NCBI RefSeq assembly: GCF_009914755.1
Contig: NC_060936.1
DNA length: 64,000 nt
Reading direction: 5' to 3' (one strand)
Source: the human T2T-CHM13v2.0 reference genome, Homo sapiens
A program made the position numbers and the translations under genes. The notes under the pieces were generated by a model, which did not search any database, was not told the origin of the DNA, and saw nothing but the letters and a program-made list of their open reading frames with translations. The stretch's first letter is position 1. Every line of letters starts with the position of its first letter. Of the stretch, positions 13,528 to 28,429 are shown piece by piece.

Positions 13528-14663
13528 CAAATTTTTTATCTTTATGATTTCACCTCACATTTTTAGCTATGCTTTGCATATTACTTGATTTTCTAAGTCA
13601 ACTCTCAAAGCGACTGTACTCTCTTTGAGTTTCTCTATTGGATTTTTTAGTTGAGTAATCATGTTTTTGTTTTAACTTCAGAAAATCTTTTTGTGCTGAA
13701 CTTGAATCTCCTTAAAGAGCTCTTATTTCTTTCATCAAAGTCATAGATGGATTATTATTGTTTTGTTTTTACATCAGGGCTCACTCAGCTTGGGTTATTT
13801 GTAGTATTCTACATGGCCTCAGTCTTAGAAGTGCTGTGAAGCAGAATCATTTAATTCACGGGCCAGTCTTCTACGGAGGTACCTAAAAGAAGCCTTTTGT
13901 TTCCTTGACTTCTTTATTCCTACAGCCTCAGTGGTAGGGAGGATCCACCTCACCTGTCCAGCTACTTCTGGCCTTTTTGGGGTCAAACACTACGGGTAAA
14001 CTCACATGTCATCCTCACTCCTATGGATACACAGAGCTCTTGGAACCAAGCTCTTCTTAAAGTTCTTTACTTTCCTGTCCTTAGTTCAGAGCTTCGTGAA
14101 GCTGATCTCCAAGTGAGAAAATCAAGTTCTACTTCCTTTCTCTTCCTTCCTTTTGGCAAGGCCAAAGACTTCACTTATATCCAGCCAGCTACCTTATAAC
14201 CCAGAAGCCTTTTGGTTTAGGAATGACAGCTAGATTGAAGTGGGGGCTATAGAGGAAGAAAACTGTGTTCACGTCACCACCTTCCCAGATTTCACCCCAT
14301 CCTCCGTTCTGTTATGCATTTTTATTATTTTTATAAATCAAAAACCAATAATACTTTTGCCATCTATCAAGTGGTCTAATTGTATTTATGCTGAACTTCC
14401 TTATACTTGGTTTATATTATTGCAAGTAAGATAGACTTGGAAAAAATATTGACAACTTACGAAATCATCAATTCCTGGGAGACTGGATAGGGAGAGGATT
14501 CCTGATTAAGGAAATCTAGACTTAGAAGTCCTAATTTTACACTAGAATAACGCCTTTGTTTTCACTATTAATTTAGAAGAAAGGCTTAGCCTTGGAGGCC
14601 AACTTTAATTTTATTTCAAAAGTTTATGATTTTGTTAATTTCCTGTCTTGTTTCTTTTGCCAG

Positions 14664-15127
14664 GTGGTGTGGGGATGATGTGCTCATTGAGTGAACAAGG
14701 GAAGCAGCTAGCTATCCAGGTGTCTAATATCCTGGGGATGGATGTGTGTGGCATTGACCTGCTGATGAAAGATGACGGCTCCTTCTGCGTCTGTGAGGCC
14801 AATGCAAATGTAGGTTTCATCGCCTTTGATAAGGCTTGTAATCTAGATGTAGCTGGTATCATAGCAGACTATGCCGCCTCCCTTCTACCCTCTGGCCGGC
14901 TCACCCGGCGTATGTCCCTGCTCTCCGTGGTGTCCACTGCCAGTGAGACTAGTGAGCCGGAGCTGGGTCCCCCAGCCAGCACTGCTGTTGACAACATGAG
15001 TGCAAGTTCCAGCTCTGTTGACAGCGACCCTGAAAGCACGGAGCGAGAGCTGCTCACCAAGCTCCCAGGGGGCCTGTTCAACATGAACCAGCTGCTAGCC
15101 AATGAAATCAAACTACTGGTGGACTGA
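14664..15127 (+). CDS. RIMKLB: Last coding exon of beta-citrylglutamate/NAAG synthase (RimK-like ATP-grasp ligase B)
   Basis: Acceptor tttcttttgccag|G at 14663/14664 (phase 1); [34 protein letters not shown]...CEANAN (ATP-grasp ExN)...EIKLLVD, TGA 15125-15127. Confidence 0.96.
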
Positions 15128-18100
15128 CTCCACTGGTAATTAACCAACAAAACCCTTGTAAAACTTTCTTTCTTCTTTTCTATTTTTAAAACCAACTTGC
15201 AATGCTGTTCATGGAGGATGCTCAGGAAGATGAGAGAAAATTAGTAGGATTAGTTGGAGAGAGTGGGAGATAGATGAGACCTCTGCTAGTAAGATGTTAC
15301 TTTCATTTACAAATCCTACAAATAGAGAGGCAGAATAGGTGGGGTATAGAAAAATGTCAGGCTCTCATAGTTACCCTTTTAAATTGCTAAAAAATGTGTA
15401 TGCTCATAGGCCATGAGGAACAAATACTTTTTTTTTTTCATGGTCCCTTGCTTTTGTTTTTGTACAAAAAAAAATGGTTTTGCTACAAATATCCAAGTAG
15501 CATAACTTCACATTGTGTTGGAAGATTTGTCATCAGTGAGGAAAACATCTGCTTAAATTACAGGAATTTTTGTATTATACAGCTCTGAAAATTCTGCCAT
15601 TTCCTTATTAACTAGCAGCTTTAGTTTGTAGTTTATGAAATCTTGAGGGGCTCTTTTACTGGGATTTCTTATTTTTTTGTTTTTTCCCGCTTAATTTGGT
15701 GGGAGGTCAAATTGAATATAACCCAATAAAGGCTTCTTAATGACAAAATTGGCATGTTTGCATGATGAAATGGAAATGAACAGTATTGCAATGTCCGGTA
15801 TACAAAATAACATTAATTCAATGTAGATAAAATTACACTAGTTTAAAATATGTGCATTCACTTGTATTTGTTAGTGTTTTAGTCTTTTTTGAAAGATGTG
15901 CTCTGTTAATGTTGCTTTTTTTTTTTTTTTTAATACATGCTAGTCTAACATTTCCTGCTCTATGCCTGCATCTTTAACAATGGCCAAAGTGAAGAAAATG
16001 CTACCTTTTTTGTTAACAAGACACTGACTTGAAACATGTACATTTAAAGCCTTTTATTTTTTCCCTTTTTGTTTTGGTAGTTGGGCATTTAAATAAGGAC
16101 AAGGAAAAATATTTTTGGGGGCAAATCAAGAGCCTATGAGTTCTAAGTATAAAGCTGAAGTGATTTCGAATGCCAGCGTTATATATTTGCATTTTTCACA
16201 TTTTACGAGGGAGTATATGTGTATGTGTGTGCACGCATGCATGTGTATGTGTTTTGCTTTTTGTTTCCATCAACTAATCAAAAAGGATAATTTAGAAAAT
16301 GGAGCATGATGGGAAACAGAGTTTTTGACTTTAAAAAACAGATGAGTTGTTTTCATAAGTAGACTCCACTGGGGTAGAGGTATTCACCTTAAAACATAGG
16401 GTGAGTAGATGCTTTTTTAGGCCTTTTTGTGTATATGTACGTTGTTTGTTTTTTTCCTTTTGTTTCTAGCCTGTTCAGTGTACAGTTTATTCAAGGCTAC
16501 ATGCTTTTCTTTAATGCTTCTGGCTATGCATTTTCTCTTTTTACATATAGGATTTGGGATTGGGGGTGGGTTGGATGTTTTTGTTTGGGGACTTATTTAG
16601 TAGTATTGAGTCTCTTATAGCCCTACTCTTAAGCCTTCAATACTGTCCACTCTTTATATTCCTTTACTTGCAGAATTTATAAAAGCCCCCAAACTGCATA
16701 TAATATGAGCCTTTAAAACATGGGTAAAACTAATCCCATTGATGGGTTTGGATGGTATGTTAAGAAATGGAGATGCTGCAGAGCCCAACGTAATTTTTTA
16801 AACAGCAAGTTTTCCATCTCCCTACGAATCCTCTGAAGCTTTTACCCAAGCCCTTTCTTGCCTCTCCAGTGCTATTTTCCTTCAGATGGACCTTAAACAT
16901 AATTTCTTGGACACTACTAGAGAGACTTCGAGGCAATAATAAAAGATCAGTATTAACCAGCTATAACAGAGGTTTGATCATGCTTACTTGTACAGTTTTT
17001 CCCCCGTTTTAAAAAGGAATGTAATAAAATTTGTTTTTTCCATAGAATTAAATAATATTAAAATTGAGTGAAAGGTTGATTGTTGATGAATAGAATAGTA
17101 CCTCTCATCTGTGCAGTGTCTCATTTCACCTCAGAGAAAAGGATACATAAGAGGAGTTTGTAATTTATCTTAGGATATTCTAATTGCATTTAAAAGAACT
17201 TATCTTGCGCAGGGTAAATGGGGGACTCACATACATATATTAATACCTCTGACTCATTAACAGAAAGAAATACTTGGTACTTCTTTCGCTGAATGACCAT
17301 ACTGTGGAGGATGCATACTATTTGGTATAGAGAAATAAATGAGGAAGAAAGAACTGCTTAATTAAATTATCATTCATATGTTCATATAGAGACCATCTGG
17401 TTGCCATGTGTATTATGACACATACACTTTGAATAGTTACATATCACAAGTATGTAGTTCATGTTTGTGTTGGTGGGGTAAGGCATCAGGAAAAATGTAG
17501 TTAGTCTTTTCTTAACTTATACCAAATTAACCAACTATATTATAGGAAATATGTGAAATTAGTTCATTAGCTTTATTCACTATTATGCATTCACATGATA
17601 TTAAAACGTACACTCACATGTTAGAATGAAAAGAGCAGTAGTTATCTTAGATTTTAAAAACATGGATATCTTCTTGAATTCCTTCAAGATTGAGGTAGAG
17701 AATAAGAGCAAATCATTCTGGAAGTACCTTAAGGAAACAAACAGCAGCAGATATTTAGGTTAAACTTATTTTCATAATTGTTTAATAACTTTTGTATAAT
17801 CTTCATTGCTATTATGAGAGAGAATGTATATATCAAATATGTGTAATGATAAAATCTGAATTGTAAAATTTTTGTATATTGTTAAAATTGTAATTCTAAA
17901 TTGTATTTCAAAAATGATTATTTCTGATATTGTTTTTATGTCACCCATGATGAAAACTGGACTTTATATATCTAAACATACAAGTATGAACTATTCTATT
18001 TAAAATTTTTAATAGTTTTTTTCTTTTTTGGTGCCTATAATTGATTGGTCATTTCTGCTGGCTTTTCTCCAATGAACATTGAAATCTTCCTGTATATGTT

Positions 18101-18420
18101 ACCAATAAGAAAACTACCCTGGAACAGTAGAAAAACCCAACAAGAGACTTGGCATTCATCAAGCACATTATCAGACTTTGAGAACATATTGAAGGCATTG
18201 ACTTTGAAAATCATCTCTTTTTCTCAAGAAGAAAGCAATGGAGAAGCAAATTTGTTTCATTCAGTGAATCCCCAGTTTGGGGCTTGTGGGGCTTAGAGAC
18301 ATTGTGAAATCAAATCTTGTGTTATACTTTTCTCCTGGCTCACTTTTTTTGAGAAGGTTTATGGGCTATTTGGCTGGTGAGACACGATCCCCTCCTAAGA
18401 AAATGTAGGTGCTCAGACAG
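15128..18420 (+). other. RIMKLB: RIMKLB 3'UTR (long, AU-rich, several AATAAA, e.g. 15725, 17023, 17334); end point uncertain
   Basis: Repeat-free U-rich sequence directly after the stop codon. Confidence 0.7.
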
Positions 18421-21400
18421 GTAACCACTGCTGCTACTGTTTTTATTTGTTTGTTTGTTCAATTTTATTTAAGATTTGTTTTTGTTGTACTAGGATTTTA
18501 AAAAATGTAATATATTGCAGGATTTATAACCAGGTTCACTGACTGCTTGCTTGCTTTCTTTTTTTTTTTTTTTTTTTTTTTTTTTCTTCTTAAAAAAACA
18601 AAACAAAGTTTCATTTAAAATACATTTAGGCACCTTTGGAGCTTGGATTTTGGAATGTTTCAGTAGTGGACAGAAATCTGCTGTTGGAATCTTCTAGTCT
18701 TCCAGGTTTAATTTGAAATGTTTTTAGTTTTGTTTTGGATTTTTGTGTGGTATTTTATTTCCTTTATACCAATGCCATTTTGCCATGCTGTTTTGGGGTG
18801 GCTGCCTAACTCTAGTGAAAATTCTTTCTATATTAATGAAAGTTTGGCCTTTGAAGATCCTTAATGTTTTGCATTTTTTACATTGTTTTTAAAGAAATAT
18901 TCTAACTGCTTGCACTGTTACTGTTCTTTACCAGCCTTTTCAGGAGCCAAAAAAACAAATACAAACAAACAAAAAAATACCCAGAGAAAAAACTTTCCTT
19001 CTTCCCCCTTCCTGATGATGAGTGAGAAGTATTGAGAACTTTCGGGGTCAGTGCCCTTCTAAACTCCCCTTCCCCCAATAATGCAGCTGTATAATGAATG
19101 GTAAATGCACCGGTTTGGATTCAGGCACAGCCCCAGTCTGCCTACAGGTAATTTAACTCTTTCTCCTTTCTTTCCATCACTAGGCTAACTTTCTTTTTTT
19201 AAAACTTCCTTTCTTTACGTACTTTAAAAAGTAACCATGGGTTTGTCATAATTCTCACTTAAAAATAATGCATAAATGTATCTAGCAAATAATATGATTA
19301 AAGAAGAGCTTTTGGGGGTAAAGTTTGACTTGGTTATGATATACTCAAGACTTGGGAATTTTGTTTAGCCATTTAGATGACTCCATTTCTTGCATATATG
19401 TCTATAATTAAGTATTTCAGAGTGTGAATTTTTTGGCTTTGTTTTTGTTTTGGGTTTGTTTGTTTCTTCCATTGTGCTACTCTGGCTTAAGCTTTTTCAG
19501 GGGTTGGTGTTCCGAATACACAGTGAGCTCACAGTATAAAGACATCAATTAGGAGTTGACAGGTATGGAAAACTAGAGTTTTGAAAGGTAAAATTAGGCT
19601 CTAGGTTATATATATGGTAAAAACTCAACATAGCATTCATTTTACCTTAGTGCTTCTCTCTGTGACTTTATAAAAGTGAAAGGGAATAGTAAGACGAAGA
19701 TAATACAAAAAAATTTAGTTCTTTTAGGAGCAATGTGATTTCAGAACTAATCGTTTTAGCATTTCTAAGATACTAGTTCTAACAAGGAGATGTGAGCAGT
19801 TTGAGATTATCAGAAAATCATGGTTTAAACCTTCAAAAATTACAGGTTTGAACAGATAGGAGGACATTTCTGAAGCACAAGATGGCTAAGCACATTAACC
19901 AAGGACATAAAATGTCAGGGATAGGACTACAACTCGTCCATTTTAATAGCCTTTCTGTTAGGTAATAAACTAAACTATCCTCTCCTCCGTCTTTACCCCA
20001 GTCTACCTACCCATTCTTCCTTTCTCCTATACTTCCTAAAGTTTTAGTTCTGAGCTTTTATTATTTTGGGATATTGTCATCTTTCTAATAGGTAGAATTT
20101 TAGTGAAAGTAATCAGGACCTTTTCAAGATAGACTTCTGCATAATTTCATCCTGTGGCTTTGGACGTACTATCCAAAGAGGCTGTACATCCAGCAAGTCA
20201 CTAGTTAGTGAATAGGAATTCTTGGCGTGTAATGCCATTTCTTGTAGCTGAAGGAAGACATGTGATAAGTGATTAACCTGTTCTGTGCTTCAGTTGACTC
20301 TTATAAGGACAGTCATTCCCTTTAAGCATCTTAAGACAAAAATATTTATCTGTTGAATTGGAATTTACTAACAGAGGGAATTTGAATTGGAATTTACTTC
20401 CAGCTGCACTCATGCAAGAATTTGTGATGTATACTAAAAAATAAAAAAAGGCTCATTCAGGAGAGCCTTGTACTCAGCAAGAGTGGCTAACATTAGAGCA
20501 TACAGACTATGTGATTGTATAAGGCATGGAGAGTTAAACAACCTCCAGTCAGCTGCCTGTTTGAATACCACTGACTTGTTAAGAATGATCTTGCTTTTAG
20601 ATTTTACCATATTCAAACTTATTAGGTGAGCCTTATATAGCATATATACCTGGCTGCTATTGTGGGGTTTGGGAACATGAGGGGTGGGGTGAACTGTTGT
20701 TGTTTTAGGTTTCAGTCAGACAGACATCCCTGTGCCTCAGTTCCCAGAAGCACAGCAGGCCTCTAGGAGCATCCGTGGGAACGGCGCAGTCCTGACATCA
20801 CCAACTCTCCTGCTCAGGCTCATCCCATATACAGAGGTCAAAGGGTGGGGTTTGAGATCGGGGGAAGGAATGAGAAAGTAGAAGCAATGTCACTTCAGTG
20901 CCACTGTTGACTAGTCTTTGGTGCTTATGTCAGTATTTGTTTTATTTCCGGATTTTTTTAAAGTTGGCAAAACTACATATTTTTATCTTGATGAAGGCAG
21001 TGGGAGGGTGGAACAAAAACAAGCCATTACTGCTATTTCTAGTTCATTTACTGGAGACTGTCCCTTAATAGCTAATGTAGAATAAATTTGAAACATAGAC
21101 CTAGATGACAAAAAGAATGGGAATAGAAATGAATCTCAGGATTTGAACAAACAGAAGACGTTTATGCTGTGTTGATGCCCAGTTCTACAACTGCTATTAC
21201 ATTTGTCATTCTGTCTCCCCTTTTCCCCTAATTCTTTTATGTATGTATGTATACAGTTTGAGGAAATGTGCATCTATGGTCAGTCCTTTTTAAAAGACTT
21301 AATGAATTTATTACTCTTTTGCAAAAAATATACCCACTGCTTATATGGGCATACAAATGCTACCCTATTTTAAATGTAGGTGGCGTATGTGTTCGTGTTT

Positions 21401-22403
21401 TAATGTATTCAGAGCCATTGGGCAATAAGCAGTCCAGAACATTGAAAACTCAAGCAGGTAAAGCACCTAACACCCTTAGTTTCTAGAATTACTTTAAAAA
21501 ACTTTTATATTGCTGCATCTTCCACAGTTCTTTGGGTAGTCTCTGAACTTAAAATTTGTAGGAGTTGTAGACTACCTAAATTTTTAAGTTATGGTATTTG
21601 TTCATAGGTTGTAGGGGTAGGTAAAGAAGGAAACAGACAAGAAAATGGCTTCTTGAGGTGGCAGCTGCTGAGTGGCTAAATCTTACCACTTTCTTTCTAC
21701 TTTTTTTGGAAATTTTCCCAGCTTAGCATGAACATGGATCATACAGTGTTTGATTTTATGTGATTGAGATTTTTGTTTTTTATTTTTGGAGGGAAGGTCT
21801 TGGAGAAACATTAAAAAGTTGGTGTATGTGCAAAAATACGAAATGTTAAACAAAGGAATTTTTTCTTATTTAATCTGAATGGTAAGCAAGAACTTTTTCT
21901 ATATACCCTTCTGCTGCAGCAGACAACTAAACTGGTAGGTGGCAGCAGAGGAAGGAATTCTTCAGATTGATGGCTACTGACTTAAAGTCTGCATAGGAGA
22001 AGAGATAGAGCATGACATACCAAGTGAAGCAAGGGGGACAAAAATGGAAACAGGACTAAGATTCCTGCATTTTGACTCTAAATGGTAAGTTATCTTTAAC
22101 TAAGAATGTGTTTTTAGTCTGATAGCAATGTTATATAAATTATATGATTGGTACTATGGCATGTAATCATAAATGCCTGTAGGTCCTTGCCTTAACGTTG
22201 AATTTGACCTCACTGGTAAACTGTCATTCTTTACTTTGAATAATAACTAATAGTATGTAAAATTAGGATTTTTCTCCTCAGCATGTTGGTATATGTGACC
22301 TTTAATTATGGCAAAATTATGTGGACAGTAAATCTGAATGTTTTTAATTTGCAAGATAAATAAAATATGCATTGTTAATCATTTTATACAAATAAAAGGT
22401 TCT

Positions 22404-22712
22404 GGCCACGTACTGTGGCTCACGCCTGTAATCCTAACACTTTGGGAGACTGAGGAGAGTGGATCACCTGAGGTCAGGAGTTCAAAACTAGCCTGGCAAA
22501 CATGGAGAAACCCCATCTCTACTAAAAATACAAAAATAAGCTGGACGTGGTGGCGGGCACTTGTAATCCCAGCTACGCGGGAGGCTGAGGCAGGAGAATC
22601 GCTTGAAACCCAGGAGGCAGAGGTTGCAGTGAGTGGAGATCAAGTCACTGCACTCCAGCCTGGGCAACAAGAACAAAACTCCATCTCAAATAAATAAAAA
22701 TCAAAACTAAAA
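22404..22712 (+). mobile_element. Alu SINE
   Basis: Consensus arms; TSD aaaaggttct/aaaagattct. Confidence 0.9.
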
Positions 22713-24257
22713 GATTCTTCCCTTTTTAGTGGGAGCTTTGGGAGATAACAAAGAGTATAATTGGAAAAAAAATTACTGAGGGTGGCGTGATCTCTTCCAG
22801 CTGGCTATCTAGGTCAAGACCCATTTCTTTGTCACTGTGCCATGTTCCACTCTGCCATCAGTTCCACCCTGCCTGTTCACCTTTCTCTCTTGCTTATCTG
22901 GCTGGGCTTTTCCCCTGTTCCTCTATCTCTCCCTGTCTTTGTGCCTCTCCCTTATCCAAGTCTGTTTGTAAGCTGCTTTTTCTCACATTCAGTCCTGAAT
23001 TTTAATTATCCGATGTTGCCATTTTCCATCTCTGCCTGCCTGTTTTTCCTAAGAGAGTGTGCATGTCTGTCTTTCTCTTCCTCCCTCTCTCCCCACTTTT
23101 CATTTGCATTCTTCATTAGAATTTGACTAGACTGAATAGAAATTAAATGATACTTTGAAGTTCTCTAGAATTAAAGAATGTAAATTTCAATTAAATTTAT
23201 AGAATGTAAATGTCAATTAAATTTATAAGATGCAGACCTGTTTATTCACCCAACTACTTATTTAACTATAGTATCTGTTGTTTCTGGCAACCAAGCTGTG
23301 TATGATCAGTTGGACAGAAATGAAAGGCATATGGTTCTTATCTTATTTCAGCTTTTTTTTTTTTTCCTTTTTTCCTTGAGACAGGGTCTCACTCTTTCTC
23401 TACTGTACTTGAGCCTGGGTGACAGAACAGTAATTTTGATTACTATATAAAAATTTTAATGCTTTAGAACTGAAAGAAAATGATAAACTTGAGTTTTAAT
23501 CTGAATCAAAAATTGTTTTTTTCTGTAATTTATTGTTAAGTTAACCTGGAACACAAGAGAGCATTTAACTTGAATTTTGTTTGTCTAGGCATATTGGCAC
23601 AATAATTTTGTTTTATTTTGTATGTTCTACAAGGAATTTTTGTTAGATTTTTTCTTTTGGTACAATTTTTCTGACTAAAATGCAGCATAATTGTCTTTAT
23701 TATAGGATTGCTAAGGAGTAATAGTACGGAGACATCTTTGGTGGTTTTATACACACACACATATATATATTTAACATAAGCTGTCTAAAATAAGTCACAA
23801 AACTTGCAGATTAGAAAAGGAAGCACATTTTGGCTGTTTTGGTGTCAGCATCTTAATTAAGTAGAAAATATTATGGACCTATAAATTGAACTTGCGACTG
23901 TTCACTCACTAGAGAGAACAATTTCCAGGGAGTTAGAATAGTTTTTCCTGAAGGAGAGTCAAATAAATTTGGGAAATAAGGTTGCTCTTGTAAAACAGTA
24001 ATAGATTTAGCTTTTATTTTTTAATGATAAGAACATTAAATGTCTTCTAAGTCAGAATCAGAGTATATCTTTGTTAACTGAGCTCACCAAGACAAAGTGA
24101 TAATAACACAAAACTGTGGTTTTTGGTAGTCTAATCAATTTAGAATGTTTTATTGTCATGTTAGTTGATTTTCTGTCTTTATTTGTATTTTTTCTTATCC
24201 TGGTTATAGAGACTTTTAAAATCTATGATTTAAATAAGTTGTGTTTTTCCCCCCTAG

Positions 24258-24440
24258 GTTCTTTTGAAGTAACCAGTGATCTTTTTTGCTTACCCTCATC
24301 AACAGAATGGATGAAGATAGATTTGACTGTGTGCTTTTTCAAGTGGAGAATATGAATATACAGAACAAGAAAGCAATAACTCCAACCTGTTTGATTCCGT
24401 CTGTTTTCTAAATAAAGACACTATGCGCTGGAAATAACAT
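24258..24440 (+). other. RIMKLB: Candidate distal non-coding terminal exon of RIMKLB
   Basis: Strong acceptor gtgtttttcccccctag| at 24257; AATAAA 24411-24416; GU-rich downstream element. Confidence 0.55.
24411..24416 (+). terminator. Polyadenylation signal AATAAA (distal)
   Basis: Canonical hexamer followed ~30 nt later by gtgtgacttgttcttt. Confidence 0.55.
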
Positions 24441-24749
24441 AGCATGCCGTGTGACTTGTTCTTTATATCAGTTCACTTTGGTCCAGATATCTAGACTTGA
24501 TTTCTAGCTCCACATGTCATTCCCTTTTTTTCTACTCTTCGCCTTTTGCTCTTGAGTCCTTTGGTTCTTAACAGACTGATTTCTATGATACCTTCTAAAA
24601 TGATTACTCCTCTTTTGGCACATAGGTGAGCACTATTCAATGGATTTTCCCCTGTCCTTTTTAATCACACTTTTATCTGTCCATGCTGAATAGTTGTTGC
24701 TGTACTTTTTAATCTCTGAAGAAATGCAAACTTTTTAAAAATTTCACCC

Positions 24750-24890
24750 TGAACATCATAGAGTGTACTTACACCTATATGGTACAGCCTACTATACACC
24801 TGGGCTATGTGGTATAGCTTACTGCTTGTAAGCTACTATCCTGTAGAGCATGTGAATACTGTAGACAATTGCAACGCAATGGCAACTATC
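24750..24890 (+). mobile_element. Tigger3/MER7-like DNA transposon fragment
   Basis: catcatagagtgtacttacac...tatagc...gaatactgtagacaattg resembles Tigger3 consensus. Confidence 0.6.
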
Positions 24891-24905
24891 TTATTAAAAT
24901 TTAAT

Positions 24906-25718
<813 letters not shown>

Positions 25719-26587
25719 TTAACAAGTTTATTGTTAAAGCATGCATGGTAGTGTCACCTTGGATCCTCCAAAAGGCAGACACCAAGGTGGAGTCAGATAC
25801 ACTAGAGCTGTACTGAGGGAAATGCCTGTGAGGGATACAAGGGAGAGGGATCAGTAGGCAGGGAAGGCCTTCAGAATGCAATGTGCATGTGACAGAAGAG
25901 AGAGAAGAGAACTCAAACCTCAGCTGCTCTGAGAGTCTCCCAGCCTGATGAGGAATCTCAGAGCAGATTACCTATTAAGAGCAGTCCCAGATTGGGCAGA
26001 GATGGCCTGACTACTAGTCCAGAGCAGCCTGGGGAGAACACATGGTTTTCATGTGAGTGCTGTAACAGATCAGGAGGACTAGCAGCTGGTGGCTGTCAGA
26101 TTTGTTACTTGCATCCAGTTTTCTTGAGAACTGAGTGGCACAATTCCACTCCTTAACACTGCACAGATCCACTTTACACCTTTGGGTAGCCCCTCCACAG
26201 TTCCATGAGCTTCTGATATAAACTCCACATCACATTGCATCTTTTCCTGCCACTGATACCCTCTTATACTATAAAGTTTATCAGATCATGTGGTCCAGTT
26301 TGTAGGGCTGCTTGCATCATAGCCTGAATCTTAATTTTCAACAGCCCTTTCTTGCTCCAAGGCCCTACTCAAGCCTAACATTTTTTTCATGTCATTTACT
26401 ATATGGGTTGGAGTAGTGTTTCTAGGTGGAATGTCTTGCTTTCTGAATCTAGAGAACCCCAGAGTTACAGTGCTTGCTTCCTTGTAGCAGGTGATGCAAA
26501 ATGTAGTGTGTCTTTTTACTTTGTAGAGTATTCCAGCATGCCCATGTCCCCTGGTCTCCTAGAACCCTTAAAGGAATGGCAGATCCT

Positions 26588-26985
<398 letters not shown>

Positions 26986-28429
26986 CTACCTTACATTCAT
27001 TTTGCTTATTTAGCATGATGTCATTGATGTAATGTTCTATGGAATGCCCAGATGGCCCACGTATTAGGCCATTCTTGCATTGCTATAAAGAAATACCTGA
27101 GACTGGTTAATTTACAAGAAAAGAATTGGCTCATGTTCCTACAGGAAGCATAGCAGCATCTTCCTTCCTGAGGGGAGGCCTCAGGAAGCTTGCATTTCAT
27201 GGCGGAAGCCAAAGACAGAGCAGGTACATCACATGGTGAAAGCAGGAGCCAATGGGGGAAGATGCCACACACATGACCAGATCTCCAGAGAACTCACTGT
27301 CATGAAGACAGCAGCAAGCTACGCAGGATCTGCGCCTACGGCCCAAACACCTCCCACGAGGCCCCACCTTTAGCATTGGGGATTACAGTTCAACATGAGA
27401 TTTGGGCAGAGACAAATATGCAAACTATATCATTCCATCCCAGCCCCTCCCAAATCTCGTCCTCACATTACGAAGTACAATTACGCCTTCCCAACAGTCC
27501 CCGCAAAGTCTTAACTCATTCCAGCATTCATTCAAAAGTTCCAAGTTTCAAATCCAAATTCTTATGTGGAAATGAGTTCCTTCTACCTATGAGCCTGTAA
27601 AATCAAAACAAGTTATTTACTTTGAAGATACAATGGGGGTTTGGGTATTGGCTAAACATTTTTGTTCCAAGTGGGACAAATAGGCCAAAAGAAGGGTTAC
27701 AGAGCCCATCCAAGTTCAAAACCTAGCAGGGCAGTCATTAAATCTTAGACTCCATATTCCATATCCAGGGCACACTGCTGGCAGGGATGGACTCCCAAGG
27801 CCTTGGGCAGTTCTGCCCCTGTGTCTTTGCAGGGTTCACCCCTCTCAGGTGCTCTCACAGGTTGTTGAGTGCCTGTGGCCTTTTCAGGCTCAGGGTGCAA
27901 GCTGCAGGTGCATCTACCATTCTTGGGTCTGGAGGATGGTGGCCCTCTTCTCACAGCTCCACAAGGCAATGCCCCAGAAGGGACTCCATGTGGGGCCTCC
28001 AATCCCACATTTCCCCTCCGCACTACCCTAGTAGAGGTTCTTTATGTGGGCTCCACTGCTGCAGCAGGTTTCTGCCTGAACACCCAGGCTTTTCCATACA
28101 TCCTCTGAAATCTAGGCAGAGGCTGCCAAGAACCCACCACTCTTGCACTCTTTGTACTTGCAGGCTTAACACCATGTGGAAGCCATTTACAACTTGTATT
28201 ATCCAAAGTGGTAGCTTAAGCTGTACTTCGGCCCCTTTGAACCCTGGCTGGAGCTGGAGCTTCCGAGAGGTAGGGAGCAGTGTCCCAAGGCTGTGCAGGG
28301 CAGTGGAGCTCTGGGCCTGGCCCATGAAATCATTCTCCCCTCCTAGGTCTCAGGGCCTGCAATAGAAGGGGCTGCTGCATAGGTCTCTGAAATGTATTCA
28401 AGGCCTTTTTTCATTGTCTTGACTGTTAG

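Noticed and set aside
14648-14663. ORF-track start MFLLP for the RIMKLB ORF
   Set aside because: It is the intronic polypyrimidine tract (TTG start); the exon begins at 14664.
14869-15195. 108-aa antisense ORF over the RIMKLB exon
   Set aside because: Shadow frame of a real CDS; no independent support.
20680-20880. GC-richer patch with TGACATCA (CRE-like) motif
   Set aside because: A single short motif; cannot be supported as regulatory from sequence alone.
23175-23227. 26-bp tandem duplication (also 12-bp at ~1208 and ~24-bp at ~45688)
   Set aside because: Ordinary slippage duplications without further structure.
27787-28365. 192-aa ATG ORF
   Set aside because: Lies within the MST internal region; no recognisable domain.
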